This document shows positions 10,145 through 22,760 of a stretch of 64,000 nt of DNA, piece after piece. This DNA is from Macrostomum lignano (lineage: Eukaryota). The stretch is taken from NCBI GenBank assembly GCA_002269645.1, contig NIVC01000040.1:930001-994000 (forward strand). The letters run 5' to 3'. Position 1 is the first letter of the stretch. The number at the start of each line of letters is the position of its first letter. A program made the translations under genes and the position numbers. Under the pieces are notes generated by a model. It was not told the DNA's origin and made no database searches. It saw only the letters and a program-made list of their open reading frames with translations.

Positions 10145-13100
10145 TCACATCGAAGAAGACGGTAAAGAAATTCCTTCTGCTCGTTGACGCCTGCGCAGAC
10201 GCTGCTCCGGTCTCTGCCATCCGGTCTCCAATTTAATTTGCTCGTAGTTGCATTGCGTAGCGCATTCCCGGAACTCTCGTTGGTCATCAGATGCCGTTGG
10301 TTGCATCGTCGCAGGCGCTGTCGATTTCTCCGCTTCCTCGTGCCAGCCAGCAAAGTCGTCAAACACGGTGTCTTGTCGCATCAGCGCCGAGCTGCGCACT
10401 GAGCCGCTTGTTGTTGACGACTTGCGTGCCGATTGTTGCGGCTGCTGCTGAACTACTGAAACTTGTGATGGATGCAGAATTTGAAGTGCTCGATAATCTT
10501 GTGTGAGCTCATCATATACTTGCGAATTCTGGTGCACGGGTGACTCTTTCTGAATTATTGGTGGTGGCTGTGTCCAAGGTGGAATATCAACATTCGGCTC
10601 TCGTTGGTTTAGAGGCTTCCAGAACTCTAGATCATGTTGACCTTCTGATGTTTTTTTAACATCATCTGGCTCTCGTTGAATTTGAGGAGGATTCCTATTT
10701 TTTGTCTCTTTATGATATATTTGATCTTCGGGCGGCTTCCAAATTTCCGGCTCTTGTTGATCTTGAGCTTGAGGAGGCCTCCAAATTTCCGGCTCTTGTT
10801 GATCTTGAGCTTGAGGAGGCCTCCAAATTTCCGGCTCTTGTTGACCTTGAGCTTGAGGAGGCCTCCAGATTTCCGGCTCTTGTTGATCTTGAGCTTGAGG
10901 CCTCCGAATTTCTGGCTCTTGTTGACCTTGAGCTTGAGGAGGCCTCCAGATTTCCGGCTCTTGTTGATCTTGAGCTTGAGGCCTCCGAATTTCTGGCTCT
11001 TGTTGACCTCGAGCTTGAGGAGGCCTAAAAATTTCTGGCTCTTGTTGATCTTGAGCTTGAGGAGGCCTCCAAATTTCCGGCTCTTGTTGACCTTGAGCAT
11101 GAGGAGGCCTCCAAATTTCTGGCTCTTGTTGACCTTGAGCTTGAGGAGGCCTCCAGATTTCCGGCTCTTGTTGATCTTGAGCTTGAGGCCTCCGAATTTC
11201 TGGCTCTTGTTGACCTCGAGCTTGAGGAGGCCTAAAAATTTCCGGCTCTTGTTGACCTTGAGGTGGCTTCCAAATCTTTGGTTTCTGATGAATCTGTGTA
11301 ACTATGCAAATCTCTGGCTGCTTTTTATTCTCTAGTGCTCGCTGAGAGTGTTCAGGCTGCTGCTGCTGTTGCTGCTCTTGCGCCTGAACATCGAGTTTGT
11401 GACCGCAGCTTACTTCTACTGGTACGAAGTCAATTTTACGCAGTCTCTCCTGTTCTTGAAACACAGCAGAGGCATCTGATAAGCAGAAACTGGTAGTGGC
11501 AGCTTCACTTGGTACGGGGGATGGAGAGCGTCGAACCACCTGCTCAAGCCCCATGGTGCGTCGCTGCTGCTGTGGCTGCGATGAATTTGTGCCGGCCTGT
11601 GCCGACAAAGTCTTGTTCCTACTCTGTGACAGCATACGGTCCTGTTGGATATAGTGAATGAAAATCAGATCTGATAAGTTTTAATCCAAGTAGTAAACTC
11701 CCGACTCCTAACTCCACCTTTCTTATTGTCGCTATTAAATTTATATAATAAACTCACATTTGCTACTCCCGTCGGACCGAACTGCTTCCATTGCTTCTGC
11801 TGCTGTTGCTTTCGCCCCTTCGACGTTGACCCTGATGACTTAGAATTCGACGTCGTAGACGATAGTGACAGCTCAGTGAGACATTGCTGCCGGCGGATTC
11901 TCGGAGGGCAGCCAGAGACAGTCATGCTACAGCTACTGTCGCCATAGCCAAAGTCGCTGGTATCGTCGCGGCCCCAGGACAGCAGGGCGAGTTTGCTGCG
12001 CAGTTGGCGCAGCTTGTCAATATTAGCGCTGCCGAGGCCTTCGTCTAACAAACGGAGATCGTTAAGCTGCGAGAGCGGATCCGCTGCGCGGGCGTATACG
12101 GTGAACGGACTGCCGTTGACGTGGTTGCCCTGGTAGGAAACAGACACCTCGTGAATGCCGTCGGTGCTGGGGTACCACACGATCTTGAGGTAAGCAGGGG
12201 AAACAAGAAAAATATCAGTTTGAAGTCTTGCACTCGATTTCCACCAAAGCCTGTCGAATCAGTCGCTTATTATGAATGTACGAGCTATCTACCAAATTTT
12301 AGCAAATTATAGAACCAATCAATATCATTTGCTGTCAATAATTGCAAGCTGAAGAGTTGGAGAATTATTTTTCACTTGTAAGGTAAAGACGCTTACCTGA
12401 ATCCGGTCGCTGCTCAAGTACAGCATATTCACTGTCAGGTTGTTGCCCGGCTCATCTTGGCCAATCGGAGCAGCAGCGACGCTGTTACCGGCTGTTTGCG
12501 CGCCTTTCCGTCTGCTGCTCGGACTCCGATAGGCCGGCAGGCGGTTCAACCGGAACGCCGACGCCTGCGGGCCGCGGATCTCTAGTCGGACGGAGCAGCC
12601 GCTGATTTGTCCACGACCTGACGCGCCGTCGGGGCCACATGGGCTCACCGTCGGCAGCTGGATCGTGAACTTGGCCGGCCGACCGACCACCGCTGATTGC
12701 AAGCCGATGCCGTGGGCCGAGCACTGGCGCACCAACTGGCGGATCGCCCGATAGCCTAACGCATCGTCGTCGTCATATTCGTTATCATCGGAGTTGTCTC
12801 GATCTTTGCTGTCGTTGTGCCTGGCGTTATTGACTCTCTGTTCGCCGAAGGCTCTCCTGCGTTGATGATGCTCTTGCTGTTGCTGCAGCTGCTGTAGTGA
12901 CAGCAAGTCCGGTGATCGGACATTTTCAGCTTGGTGGCGGATCATCAGCACCAGCTGGTAGACTTTGAAGTCGCTGGCTGACTGGGACATCTCCGTCGGC
13001 GTCACCACGCCCTTTAGGAATAGAAACAGGATCAAATTTTTAAAGGACGGTCTTCATTCGAACTGTGTTTAGGTTTTATTGAAAAGCCGCATCTTTGGCT

Positions 13101-15780
13101 GCTGTAAGGAGGTGCCAAAACCTTTTAAAAGAGGGCGTGACATACTTTTTGCCTGTGTCTTTAAACATTATAATTCAAATAAATTGTTTACACCCGCTCT
13201 AATTGGGCCAGATGTGCAACCGACAGCTCAGCCGCAGCTATTGCGCGGCACATCTGAAGGATCCGTACGGCTGGTCATTCTGAGGACTGGGGGGTCGCCA
13301 CAGACCCTCAATTACCCCAGTTAATGCTGGCACCCATTTTACAGCTGGGTGAACGGAAGCAATGCAGAATAAAGTGTCTTGCTCAAGGACACAACTTGTT
13401 CCAGTGGGATCGGGAATCGCTGCAACCCCCTATAAAAGAAAATATGTGCAAATAATTGTATCTGCTCCCACACCTGAGGCAGCCGCAGGTGCTTGCAGGC
13501 GAGCCGCAGCCCGAGCTCGCAGTTGGTCACCCGCTGCGAAGGCTTCAGTGAGGTGTAGGGCGGGCAGCAGCCAGGCCGGATGGCCTCCATCAGGGCGCAT
13601 AGGGTGATGCCGTCAGCCCAGCAGGTAGAAAAATTGTGCACAGTGAAGTAAGGCAACTGGGCCTGAGCCCACTCCAGTAGCTGAGCCCGCTGCTGCCGTT
13701 CTGTAGTAGATTTCGAAAGACAGGTATTGACGCGGCAGCATTGAATTGGTACCTCCCTTTTTAGAAAATGGGCAACCTGTTTTTAAGATTTTCTCGGTTT
13801 CTTGAAAAATAGTTGATCGACGAAGGCTTCCGATTCTTTTTTTAACAAAGAAATAGAGCAGGAAAGATTTATAGCTACGGAGCGAAGTCTTATAACAAAG
13901 AATTTAAGTTGTGCTAGCGCAGACACTTGACACATGATTTTATTGATACGCGTTGATCTGTCAGATTGGAATTTTTTACTTGGTAAGATACTACTTAATT
14001 ATAGAAAACTCTTGTACACTACTTCTCTACTTAGTACTCGTAAGCTCGAAACTTTACAAGTGGTCGTATTGTTGAAAAGTCTTCTGTGTCCGTTCATTCA
14101 TCCATCCAAAAGGTGCTAAGATCTGAACATTGGACGAATTCACAAACTGGAAATTTATAATTTAGATATTTCTGTAAGTGTAACGTGCCGTGGCTAAGGA
14201 GTTGTAAGGATTAAAATATTCCGAAAACATGCTTTTTCGCAAAGAGAAATTCTAAGCAGAACTTTTGACTATAAATGCACTACGAACCATTTTGTTTTGA
14301 TGATTACATCATAATGCAGTGTCAGTAAATTAGCTTTTAATTAATTGCATAATCATATTAACGCAGCGTGGCAGCATATCACAAGACTCCATTGCACCTT
14401 AGACTTGATTTATATTGTGCAACATGCATATTTTGAACTGTAATGGAAAACGATACTGACTGAGAAATTGATTACGTCATAACTGCTTCCTGTGATTTTA
14501 CTCTAACCGACTTGATGTGAGACCTAATTTATGAGTGCTGCCCGCAATGCATAATCATGAATTGACCGAAAGCTAGCCTAGGTGTAAACAGGTTGAGTTC
14601 ACAGCAGACATAACATAACGAAAGAGAAGAAAGGAAGCGTCATGTCAACCATAAAATATGTATGTCAACTTTAAAAGAATCAACTACATGTTTATCTCTT
14701 GGGTTAGGGTTCAACCATTGAATCGCCCTGTCAAAAATGAAGCAATCTTGGGGGGAGCTGCTCAAATTCCAATGCTAATTGGTGGGGGGGTTGCTAAAAT
14801 GTCAAGACTCATGGGAAATTGCTGAGATAGCAAGGGCCGAAGCTAGGGGTGCTGAAATCTTAGGCTAGTAGATCGGAGGATGCTTTTTGCTTTAAACATC
14901 ATTTTCGTTAAGAAACTAACGATAAAAGGTGAAAAGCTTCAAATAGCTAGTTTATTCAAAAAATAATTCCTTTCTTCTTTGCCTCCCCCAGATTGCTAGT
15001 CACTTTTTATAGCTAAAAAATTCTCTAATAATGCTCACTTTTACAGTAGTTAGTATCAAAGTTCCAAAGCCACTCTAGCTATGAAGTTTTTCATTTTTTA
15101 AAATAAAAGACTCCTTAAGGTCAAGCACGCATTGAGTGGCAGATAGCCCCAGACAGGTTGACCTCCTCGACTGTCCTTGGGAGCTCGGATCAACGAACCC
15201 TCCCCAACATGGTCCGAGCGATCAACTTCATCGATCGCTTTTCGTTCCCGGTTGGTATTTTTTCATATGCATAAGGAGAACATAGCAAAGCTAACTAAAG
15301 GCAAGTAGAGCACGAAGATTGGCGTTTGACGGCATACATTGCTGTGGACCTGCACCGGAGCGGTTACGAAAATTAGATTTCTCGGTAGTTGCACGTACTC
15401 TTTTGCACTACTTGAGTAGTCTGATTTTCGTTCGGCATGGCTGGTTCCAGCAGGTAGTTCCTCTGGATAAAAGCGCTTACCGCGCCCATTGGCTTTCCAG
15501 CTGCCTTAATCGTTTCCGGTGATCTTGTGTGCGTGCTTTCAGCTTGATTGGCTGCGGCAAGCAAGCTCGAAAGAGCTCGCTTCGCTCGCTCTTTCTCGCT
15601 ATCTACTAACTAACTAACTAACTAACCAACTAACTAACTAACTGACTAACTAACTAACTGACTAACTAACTAACTAACTAACTAAATAACTAACTAACTA
15701 ACTAACTGACTGACTAACTAACTAACTGACTAACTAACTAACTAACTAAATAACTAACTAACTAACTAACTAACTGACTG

Positions 15781-15839
<59 letters not shown>

Positions 15840-15840
15840 G

Positions 15841-15871
<31 letters not shown>

Positions 15872-15896
15872 GACTGACTAACTAACTAACTAACTG

Positions 15897-15950
<54 letters not shown>

Positions 15951-16032
15951 CAACTAACTAACTAACTAACTAACTAACTGACTAACTAACTAACTAACTA
16001 AATAACTAACTAACTAACTAACTAACTGACTG

Positions 16033-16099
<67 letters not shown>

Positions 16100-16460
16100 G
16101 ACTAACTGACTAACTAACTAACTAACTAACTAACCTACTAACTTACTTACTTACTAAAGCTAGCGCTAACTTGCACTCGCAGCTCACCTGACGTGAAGAC
16201 GCTCCGAATCCGATAGAACATAGGCGGTTGGTAAACAAGCTGACCGTCCTTGGTGCACGTGTGGCAGCTCTGCCTGCTAGCCAGGTACCTCAGCGGCTGA
16301 CTGACAGCTCCTAGCAGAGTCCAAAGCGCCGCGGCCAGCAATTGGAACAGCCGGCGAGAACCGCTGAACAGCAGGCTGCGTACTGAGGTTGGTCGGTTTT
16401 GTGACGCATCTGCGATGTGGTGGCGGTGGCGGAGTTTCGATCGTAGAGATGAACGGTATG
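10145..16460 (-). CDS. Spliced CH-domain + single filamin-repeat protein with repetitive Gln/Pro tail (>1000 aa; 5' end uncertain)
   Basis: Exons 16460-16188, 13700-13474, 13011-12397, 12183-11713, 11641-10145 have GT-AG ends and compatible phases (the 11713 donor is least certain). CH motif LLEWAQAQLPYFTVHNFSTCWADGITLCALMEAIRPG resembles filamin CH2; filamin repeat motifs GLQSAVVGRPAKFTI and WYPSTDGIHEVSVSYQGNHVNGSPFTV. Confidence 0.8.
10735..11260 (-). repeat. Coding tandem repeat, 42/39-bp units encoding QQEPEI(W/F)RPPQA(Q/R)(G/D)
   Basis: About 12 in-frame units inside the last exon (ORF 10145..11635). Confidence 0.95.
15604..16156. repeat. (ACTA)n tetranucleotide microsatellite, intronic
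   Basis: About 550 bp of ACTA with ACTG variants. Confidence 0.98.
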
Positions 16461-16720
16461 CTGTAAGAGATCGCCTACTGACAAGTAGTTAGACAAGAAT
16501 CATGCGAAGCGATTCTGATTTTCAAATACTGCACGATCGCGGCCTCAAAGATCGAGTAAGTCATCGAGCGAGCGTCACTGTAGTGTGACTAGTGAAAGAA
16601 CGGAGTGTGCTGGGACGAACGTAACTTGTGAGCCTTGTTACTCGTAGGTGGGCTAATCGATATTTATATATTTGCACACCATCAGATAATTCCCCATTTA
16701 TAAGTGAATTTATGTAGGCA

Positions 16721-17000
16721 GCATGGGAATATTCTGCAGGAAGTTTTCCCGCAGGCGGTTTTCTCGCCCGCAGGGTTTTTCAAGTCAAATCAAGTCTAAA
16801 GACAATGCTCGATTAGATTAGAACCAGCCTAGACTAGACTAGACTAGACATAAACTAGACTAGATTGAAAACTAGACTGACTAGATTTCAAATCCAATTG
16901 GATTTGACTTGAAATTCCGACTGGGAAAAAACGCTGCGGGCGGGAAAACCTCCTGCGGAAAAACCTCGACGGGAAAACCTCCTGCGGTAAATTCTCATAC
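16721..17000. mobile_element. MITE-like foldback element
   Basis: Imperfect inverted arms (gcatgggaatattctgcagg... versus ...cctgcggtaaattctcatac) built from ttttcccgcag motifs; no ORF; no clear TSD. Confidence 0.6.
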
Positions 17001-17104
17001 CTTTATGTTTGTATGGACCCTTTATTAACGTACTGTGCGCAAAGGTGGATGTACATATATATTGGGGCTTGCTTGAGCACTAGATCTCTCCACTCGCGGA
17101 TTAA

Positions 17105-17800
17105 TAACAAGGAGATAAAAGCGAACTTCTTGGCGTTAGCCGAGACTGGGCTAAACATCGAGACCAAAGGTCTGTGGTCAGTGTGATGGCTCTGAAGTGA
17201 AAGCTGCTTCAGTTGTTGGTCGCGCCACGTCCACTCTGCCCCGTGCTTTGTCAGGTCCCGGAGCGGCCGTGCCCTATCCGACAGGTTGCTAATGAAACGA
17301 GCGACAAAGGTAACAAGACCGAGGAAGGACCGCGGATCTCGGTGGCGTTGGTCGGTCTTTTGAAGCAGTTAATGGCCGCCACCTTCTCCGTGCTGGCGTG
17401 TATTAATTCCAGTTCCAGCTGCGGTTAGACGCATGGCGAGGAAGTAGACTGCTTGCTGCGCGAACCTGCACTTCGCCGGGTCGTCGTGTACCTAGCGCAC
17501 GCCGAGGAGTTCGCTCAGAACAGTCGTGATCATGCGCTGTCACGTGTAGCCCATGACGAAGCGTCTCAGTCGCATGCATAAGGCCTAGTGGCGTTGAGAA
17601 GCTGAGGACCTCCCGATTGAATCTTCGGCCACCTCGATTTGGTGGAAGGCATTGACGAAATCTAACTGTGGATTCAGCCACCTCGTCGGGAATCTTGGGA
17701 ATCGCAAATTTGCTGACCTCGCGAAGATCCTGGGTGATGCGGATCCGTCCTTTGGAACAGCCACAGCCCTTGAGCACCATACCCTAGGGTCCGTGGACAC
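17105..17800 (-). pseudogene. Degenerate Ty3/gypsy RT-RNaseH fragment
   Basis: Frameshifted motifs VPKDGS, LDFVNAFHQIEVAEDS, FSTPLGL, EKVAAINCFKRPTNATEI..FLGLVTFVARFISNLS, then TDHRPL; clearly related to the pol at 41705. Confidence 0.85.
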
Positions 17801-17839
17801 ACTCGATGATGCACTGAACAACCTGCTCTTCTAGCTCTT

Positions 17840-18150
17840 TTTCGACGGCGTCTCTGAGGTGCACTCTGATGCGTCAGCCCACGATCCCCCTTGAAATACC
17901 AGCAGCAAGTGCATCGGCTGCAGAGAGTCTGTTGGACACCGAAACTGCAACAATGCGCAGGGCAAGAAGTGCGATAGCTGTGGCAATTGATGAACCACCT
18001 CACCAAGGCGCATCAACGCGCTTGGCCACGACTCGCACGAGGAGCCGACCGACCGGTCATTTGAGGAGGCGTCCTGGAAGACAACATCGGAAGTGCAAAC
18101 AAAGTTCGTCATCAGCATCAACGGCCAAGAATTCCAGTTGCGTAACTTGC
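17840..18150 (+). pseudogene. Degenerate gypsy gag zinc-knuckle / protease-start fragment
   Basis: The + frame reads KCIGCRESVGHRNCNNAQGKKCDSCGN* (double CCHC-like knuckle), followed by KFVISINGQEFQL resembling the start of a retroviral-type protease. Confidence 0.55.
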
Positions 18151-18692
18151 AGCTGCGATCGGAGAGAGATGGCTCACTAGCTCAGTGTGTATACTTTTCA
18201 ATGTCCGTGAGTTTGTACGAGCTACATGTAATTGCGTTTCAACTTGCTGAGAAGTAGCCAACGTTATTTCAAAAGTAAACATAATTTTCGGTGGCTTTCT
18301 TTTCTGCATTCCTAAACTTTTTTTTTACAATCAAAGTGCATGTACAGCAAAGCCTAGAGGCTTCGATCGCAGCACGTCATTAAAAGTTAACGCTGCGAGT
18401 ACACACAAAATTAAATAACTGAAACTGATGCGCATCTGCAATACGGCCATTAGATTGTATGGATGTGATAGATGATGATGTGGATGCAAATCATTGGCCA
18501 ACTACCCAGTGAGCTGCGGGGGCTGTGCTATCTCTTGCTATATAGTCTTCTATATTATAGCCAGTAACTATAGAGATAGTATCGCAGCTATTGGAAGTCC
18601 TAAAAATAAATTTCCAAAAGCTCATACTTATTATCTGCTATAATTCATCCAGAGCCAGCATCAAGTGAATTCAACTGATTCCAAAGCTCTTA

Positions 18693-19568
18693 ATGATGAT
18701 GCTACTCAACCGGGAACCAAAGAGCTTCATCATTTTAAGATTGATACTGCTGCTGCCGCTGTTGAGCCGCCCCTTGAGCTGCTGCAGGCAGCGAGTCGCC
18801 TTCCACCCGATCCTCACCTCGAACTGCGTGTCCCCAGCTCACTACCAGCTGCTCGACTTTGACATCGCGGCCTGTGCGCTTCGCTGCGGAGCGGCTCCGA
18901 GGTGCAGAGCCTTCGCCATGGAAGCTGCGTCCTCCTCAGACCGGCAGCTCTGCCTGCTGTTCGCCTTCGATGCCTGCAGCTCGCAGCTGCTGCTCGATCC
19001 CGGCTCGTGGAGCGGCGGCTGCAGCAGCAGGAGACTTCGAGTCTTCGTCAAGCAGTCGGAGGGTCTCGAGCCGGGCCGGCTCTGTCCCGCCGACTATCGC
19101 TGGGTGCCCGGCGTCAGCGGCAGCCGCTTCAAGGGCTCTCTGTACAAGGCTGCTGGGAACGGGCAGGTGGCCAACTGGAGCGCTCAGGCCGTCAGCTGCC
19201 GGAGCTTCCTGACCAACTCGGACGGGTCCGCCATGCCGCTGACGAAGCTCGCCGACCTGACCAGCGTCGAGGAGCTCCAGGATGTGAGGGCGTCAACTGG
19301 CCTGACTGTCTATAACGCCAGCCAGCAGATCTGGGTTGGTGCCGTCAGTTTGGGCAACAGCAGCTGGGCGTGGGCGGACTGCGACTGGCCGCTGCCACTC
19401 CTGAACACTGGCAGCGGCGGATTGTGGAAGTCTGGCGAGCCCAACGAAGGCAACAAAACGGTGCTGCGAGCCAGGATTTATAACTCAGAACTGTATGACA
19501 GACCCGATTGGTACGAGTATAATGGGGCCTGCGAATGCGCTGATCCATTCTCTTACTTTACCACGTAG
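18693..19568 (+). CDS. Secreted PAN/apple-like + C-type lectin-like protein, intronless (291 aa)
   Basis: Signal-like IILRLILLLPLL; CALRC...C.AF..CLL PAN-type cysteines; CTLD motifs NW...C, LADLTS.EE, IWVG, W.W.D, W..GEPN. Confidence 0.8.
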   Translation: MMMLLNREPKSFIILRLILLLPLLSRPLSCCRQRVAFHPILTSNCVSPAHYQLLDFDIAACALRCGAAPRCRAFAMEAASSSDRQLCLLFAFDACSSQLLLDPGSWSGGCSSRRLRVFVKQSEGLEPGRLCPADYRWVPGVSGSRFKGSLYKAAGNGQVANWSAQAVSCRSFLTNSDGSAMPLTKLADLTSVEELQDVRASTGLTVYNASQQIWVGAVSLGNSSWAWADCDWPLPLLNTGSGGLWKSGEPNEGNKTVLRARIYNSELYDRPDWYEYNGACECADPFSYFTT

Positions 19569-19987
19569 GTAGAGTAGGTAAGGTTAGGTAGAGTAGATAA
19601 GGTAGTTAGAGGTGAGTAGTTAAGGTAGGTAGAGTAGAGTAGATAGATAGGTAGAGTAAAGTAGGTAAGGTAGGTAGAGTAGCTAGGGTAGGTGGTACAT
19701 GTAGATCGTAGGTAAGGTAGATGGACAATAGCAGAAGTAGGCTAGCCGAATCAAGACAAAGTGCATGTAGATAAAGAAACAAACTTTGGTGGAAAAACAT
19801 CTGGCCGAACCGTGTTACAAGTATAATTAGCTCAGATAATTAGGAAGGTATAGCTAAGGTAGTAGGCAAGATAGATACAGTATGACTGAGAAATTAGGCT
19901 AGGGGAATTAAATCACAAAGCTTACTAACAGGCTTAAGCATAAAAGGGTAGCGCCGCAGCGGTAGCCATGCATTAGAGTGGGGGACC

Positions 19988-20056
<69 letters not shown>

Positions 20057-20479
20057 ATCTGCAGTTCTAGATTGGTGTGTGTGTGTCCATCTGCAGTTCT
20101 AGATTGGTGTGTGTGTGTCTATCTGCAGTTCTAGATTGGTGTGTGTGTGTGTGTATCTGCAGTTCTAGATTGGTGTGTCCATCTGCTTTTCTAGATTGGT
20201 GTGTGTCTGTCTGCACTTCTAGATTGGTGTGTGTCTGTCTGCACTTCTAGATTGGTGTGTGTCTATCTGCACTCCTAGATTGGTGTGTGTCTATCTGCAC
20301 TCCTAGATTGGTGTGTGTCTATATGCAGTTCTAGGTTGGTGTGTGTCTATATGCAGTTCTAGGTTGGTGTGTGTGTGTATCTGCACTCCTAGATTGGTGT
20401 GTGTCTATATGCAGTTCTAGGTTGGTGTGTGTGTCTATCTGCACTCCTAGATTGGTGTGTCCATCTGCAGTTCTAGATT

Positions 20480-20511
<32 letters not shown>

Positions 20512-20529
20512 TAGCTGCACTTCTAGATT

Positions 20530-20562
<33 letters not shown>
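19988..20562. repeat. (GT)n microsatellite grading into a gtgtgtctatctgcagttctagattggt minisatellite
   Basis: Direct reading. Confidence 0.95.
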
Positions 20563-20564
<2 letters not shown>

Positions 20565-22760
20565 CTGGATAGCAATGGCTTTTTAACAAAATTGAGTGGT
20601 TTTTTGTCATAAAATAACTCATTATCGTAATGGAAAACCATTAAAAACTCTGAACAGCAATGGCATACATGTATATGCATGCGGGGTTTTATAGGAAAAT
20701 CGATAGAAAAAAGTTTGACAGCTGAGATCTTGGCGCGCATGTCGATCCCAACTTATACCCCCTTTTTAAAAGCCCCATCGAGTGAATTTCTTGCTCATCA
20801 ACGAGGCCCTGAAAACAACCGGGAAACATGCATAAACTTAACGAATTTGCATTGTACTACTCTAGTGAGTAGAATATCAAGGATTTACTATTTTTTCTGT
20901 TTCATTTTTTACTGTCTAATTAATTTTTGCCCAAAATTTTTAAAAAATAATACTTTGAAATCGAACTTCATTATAATTTTATTCATCATATCAAAAAGTT
21001 GATTGCGAATTTCCTTTTTAGAGAATTTTCTTACCTTAAATTTCAAAAGATGCCTATTTCCCAAGTTTTTTTATACACTTTAGTGATTTATTCTCTCTTC
21101 TCACGCTAGTTAATTTTTGGGAATGTAATTCTTACTCACTTCTGTCTTTATTAGATTTTTCTTCAATATTGCAAGTTCCTGTATGTAATGTTTTACATTA
21201 CAGTGATAACATTAGTACAATATTTTTGCAAATTAACTTTGCAGTTGACGAAAGTTTAGGAATATTTTTGCCAAGAAAGAAATGTGAGGGTGCGTTCGAG
21301 TAGCTTAAAATGGCTTAAAATGACTTAAAATGATTTTAAGCGCCATTTTTACGTTCTCAGTAAAACAAAACAAATGACAAGATTTTATTTCAAAAAATCG
21401 ATAACCAATCGATGAACAATGTTTTTAGAATTATAAATACCTGTTTTAATATTTTAAGCGAGTAGATAGACAGTCTAAACCTGTTTTCTACATTTTGAGA
21501 CGGTAAATTATAACAAATCGTTAAGTGAGAAATAGTTGTCAATGCTGCTTCAGTAAATTGCTTTCTACTAGTGTTGTTCTTTTAGTTTGAATAAAGATTT
21601 TAAAGATAGTAAATATCAGTCTAAATTACTTTACTCTATCAGTCTAAATAAGCTACCTGTATTTTGTGCACTTTAATAAATATTTATAAGCAAATGCATA
21701 CTGTAGCAACGGTAAAGACAGTTTCCTTGATCATATTTTTAACTTTAATTACTTCTCTTTGTTTTAACGAGGAACAAATTAAATACAACCTATTCATATT
21801 TTTGAATACTTAATTTTTCTCTAAAGGACTAAATTATATAATTTTATCGGAATTTTTATTCTCAATCTTGAGTGCATTAGACGCAAGGAAAAAGATATGT
21901 TAAAATGCGCTGAGATTTGGGCTCTTTTATTACAAATTAAATTTAATAATCTAATTGCATGTATTTCTAAGATAATTTTAAGGCAATTCCTAAATAAGTG
22001 TTAAGCAACAAATTGAGTTGAGTGTTTAAGGCGACAATGTAAGTAATGTGTCTAAGGCGCTAAGAAGTGTTTTTTAAGAGTAATACGCGAAGATGAAGAT
22101 ACACAATATAAATCGCAGTGACGATCGGGAGTAGCTAATTTAAACGCCAATGCGAATATTAAGTTTTTCAGCAATAATTTTGACGGAATCTAAATTATAA
22201 GCATAGAATTAACTCGAAATAATAAAATCGAGTGCGCAACTCACTGAGCGCTCCGTCCCTCGACCTGGTTGACAGCGATCGATAAACGCTACGCCTCCTG
22301 TCATAATTCATGACAAAAGAAAATCTTCAAAACCCAGATTTCGGCACTGTAATGAACTATAATGTACTTATTATACTCCAGATTTCAAGGTGTCCTGCTC
22401 GCAGTTTCCGTAGCGCGTTACACTTCAGCGGATAAAAGATGAAGAACCTGAACTGCTCGCTCTTATCAGATGAAATCTCTTCTTTTTTCTGAGTCCGCAC
22501 TCGGAACTCGAAGACACGGATTGGTTGGTTTGCATTTTTTCTACCTGTTGTGCACGAACGCGGAACTAAACGGCCACGCCCTGTGGGGGCGAGGCTGCCA
22601 CTGGCTTAGAGTAAACAGTATTATAACTGGTCCACTGATTAAGAAGGAAGTCGTCAGCTAGCTGGATGTGTACTAGCTATTCGAGAGCAACAGGTGGATT
22701 AAAATGATTTTATAATATAGCAATACTACAAAGAATGCTACAGAGAAAGGAGATACTTTA

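Noticed and set aside
10627-11335. Leu/Arg- and Lys-rich repetitive ORFs in other frames
   Set aside because: Alternative frames of the 42-bp coding repeat; only the QQEPEI frame connects to spliced exons.
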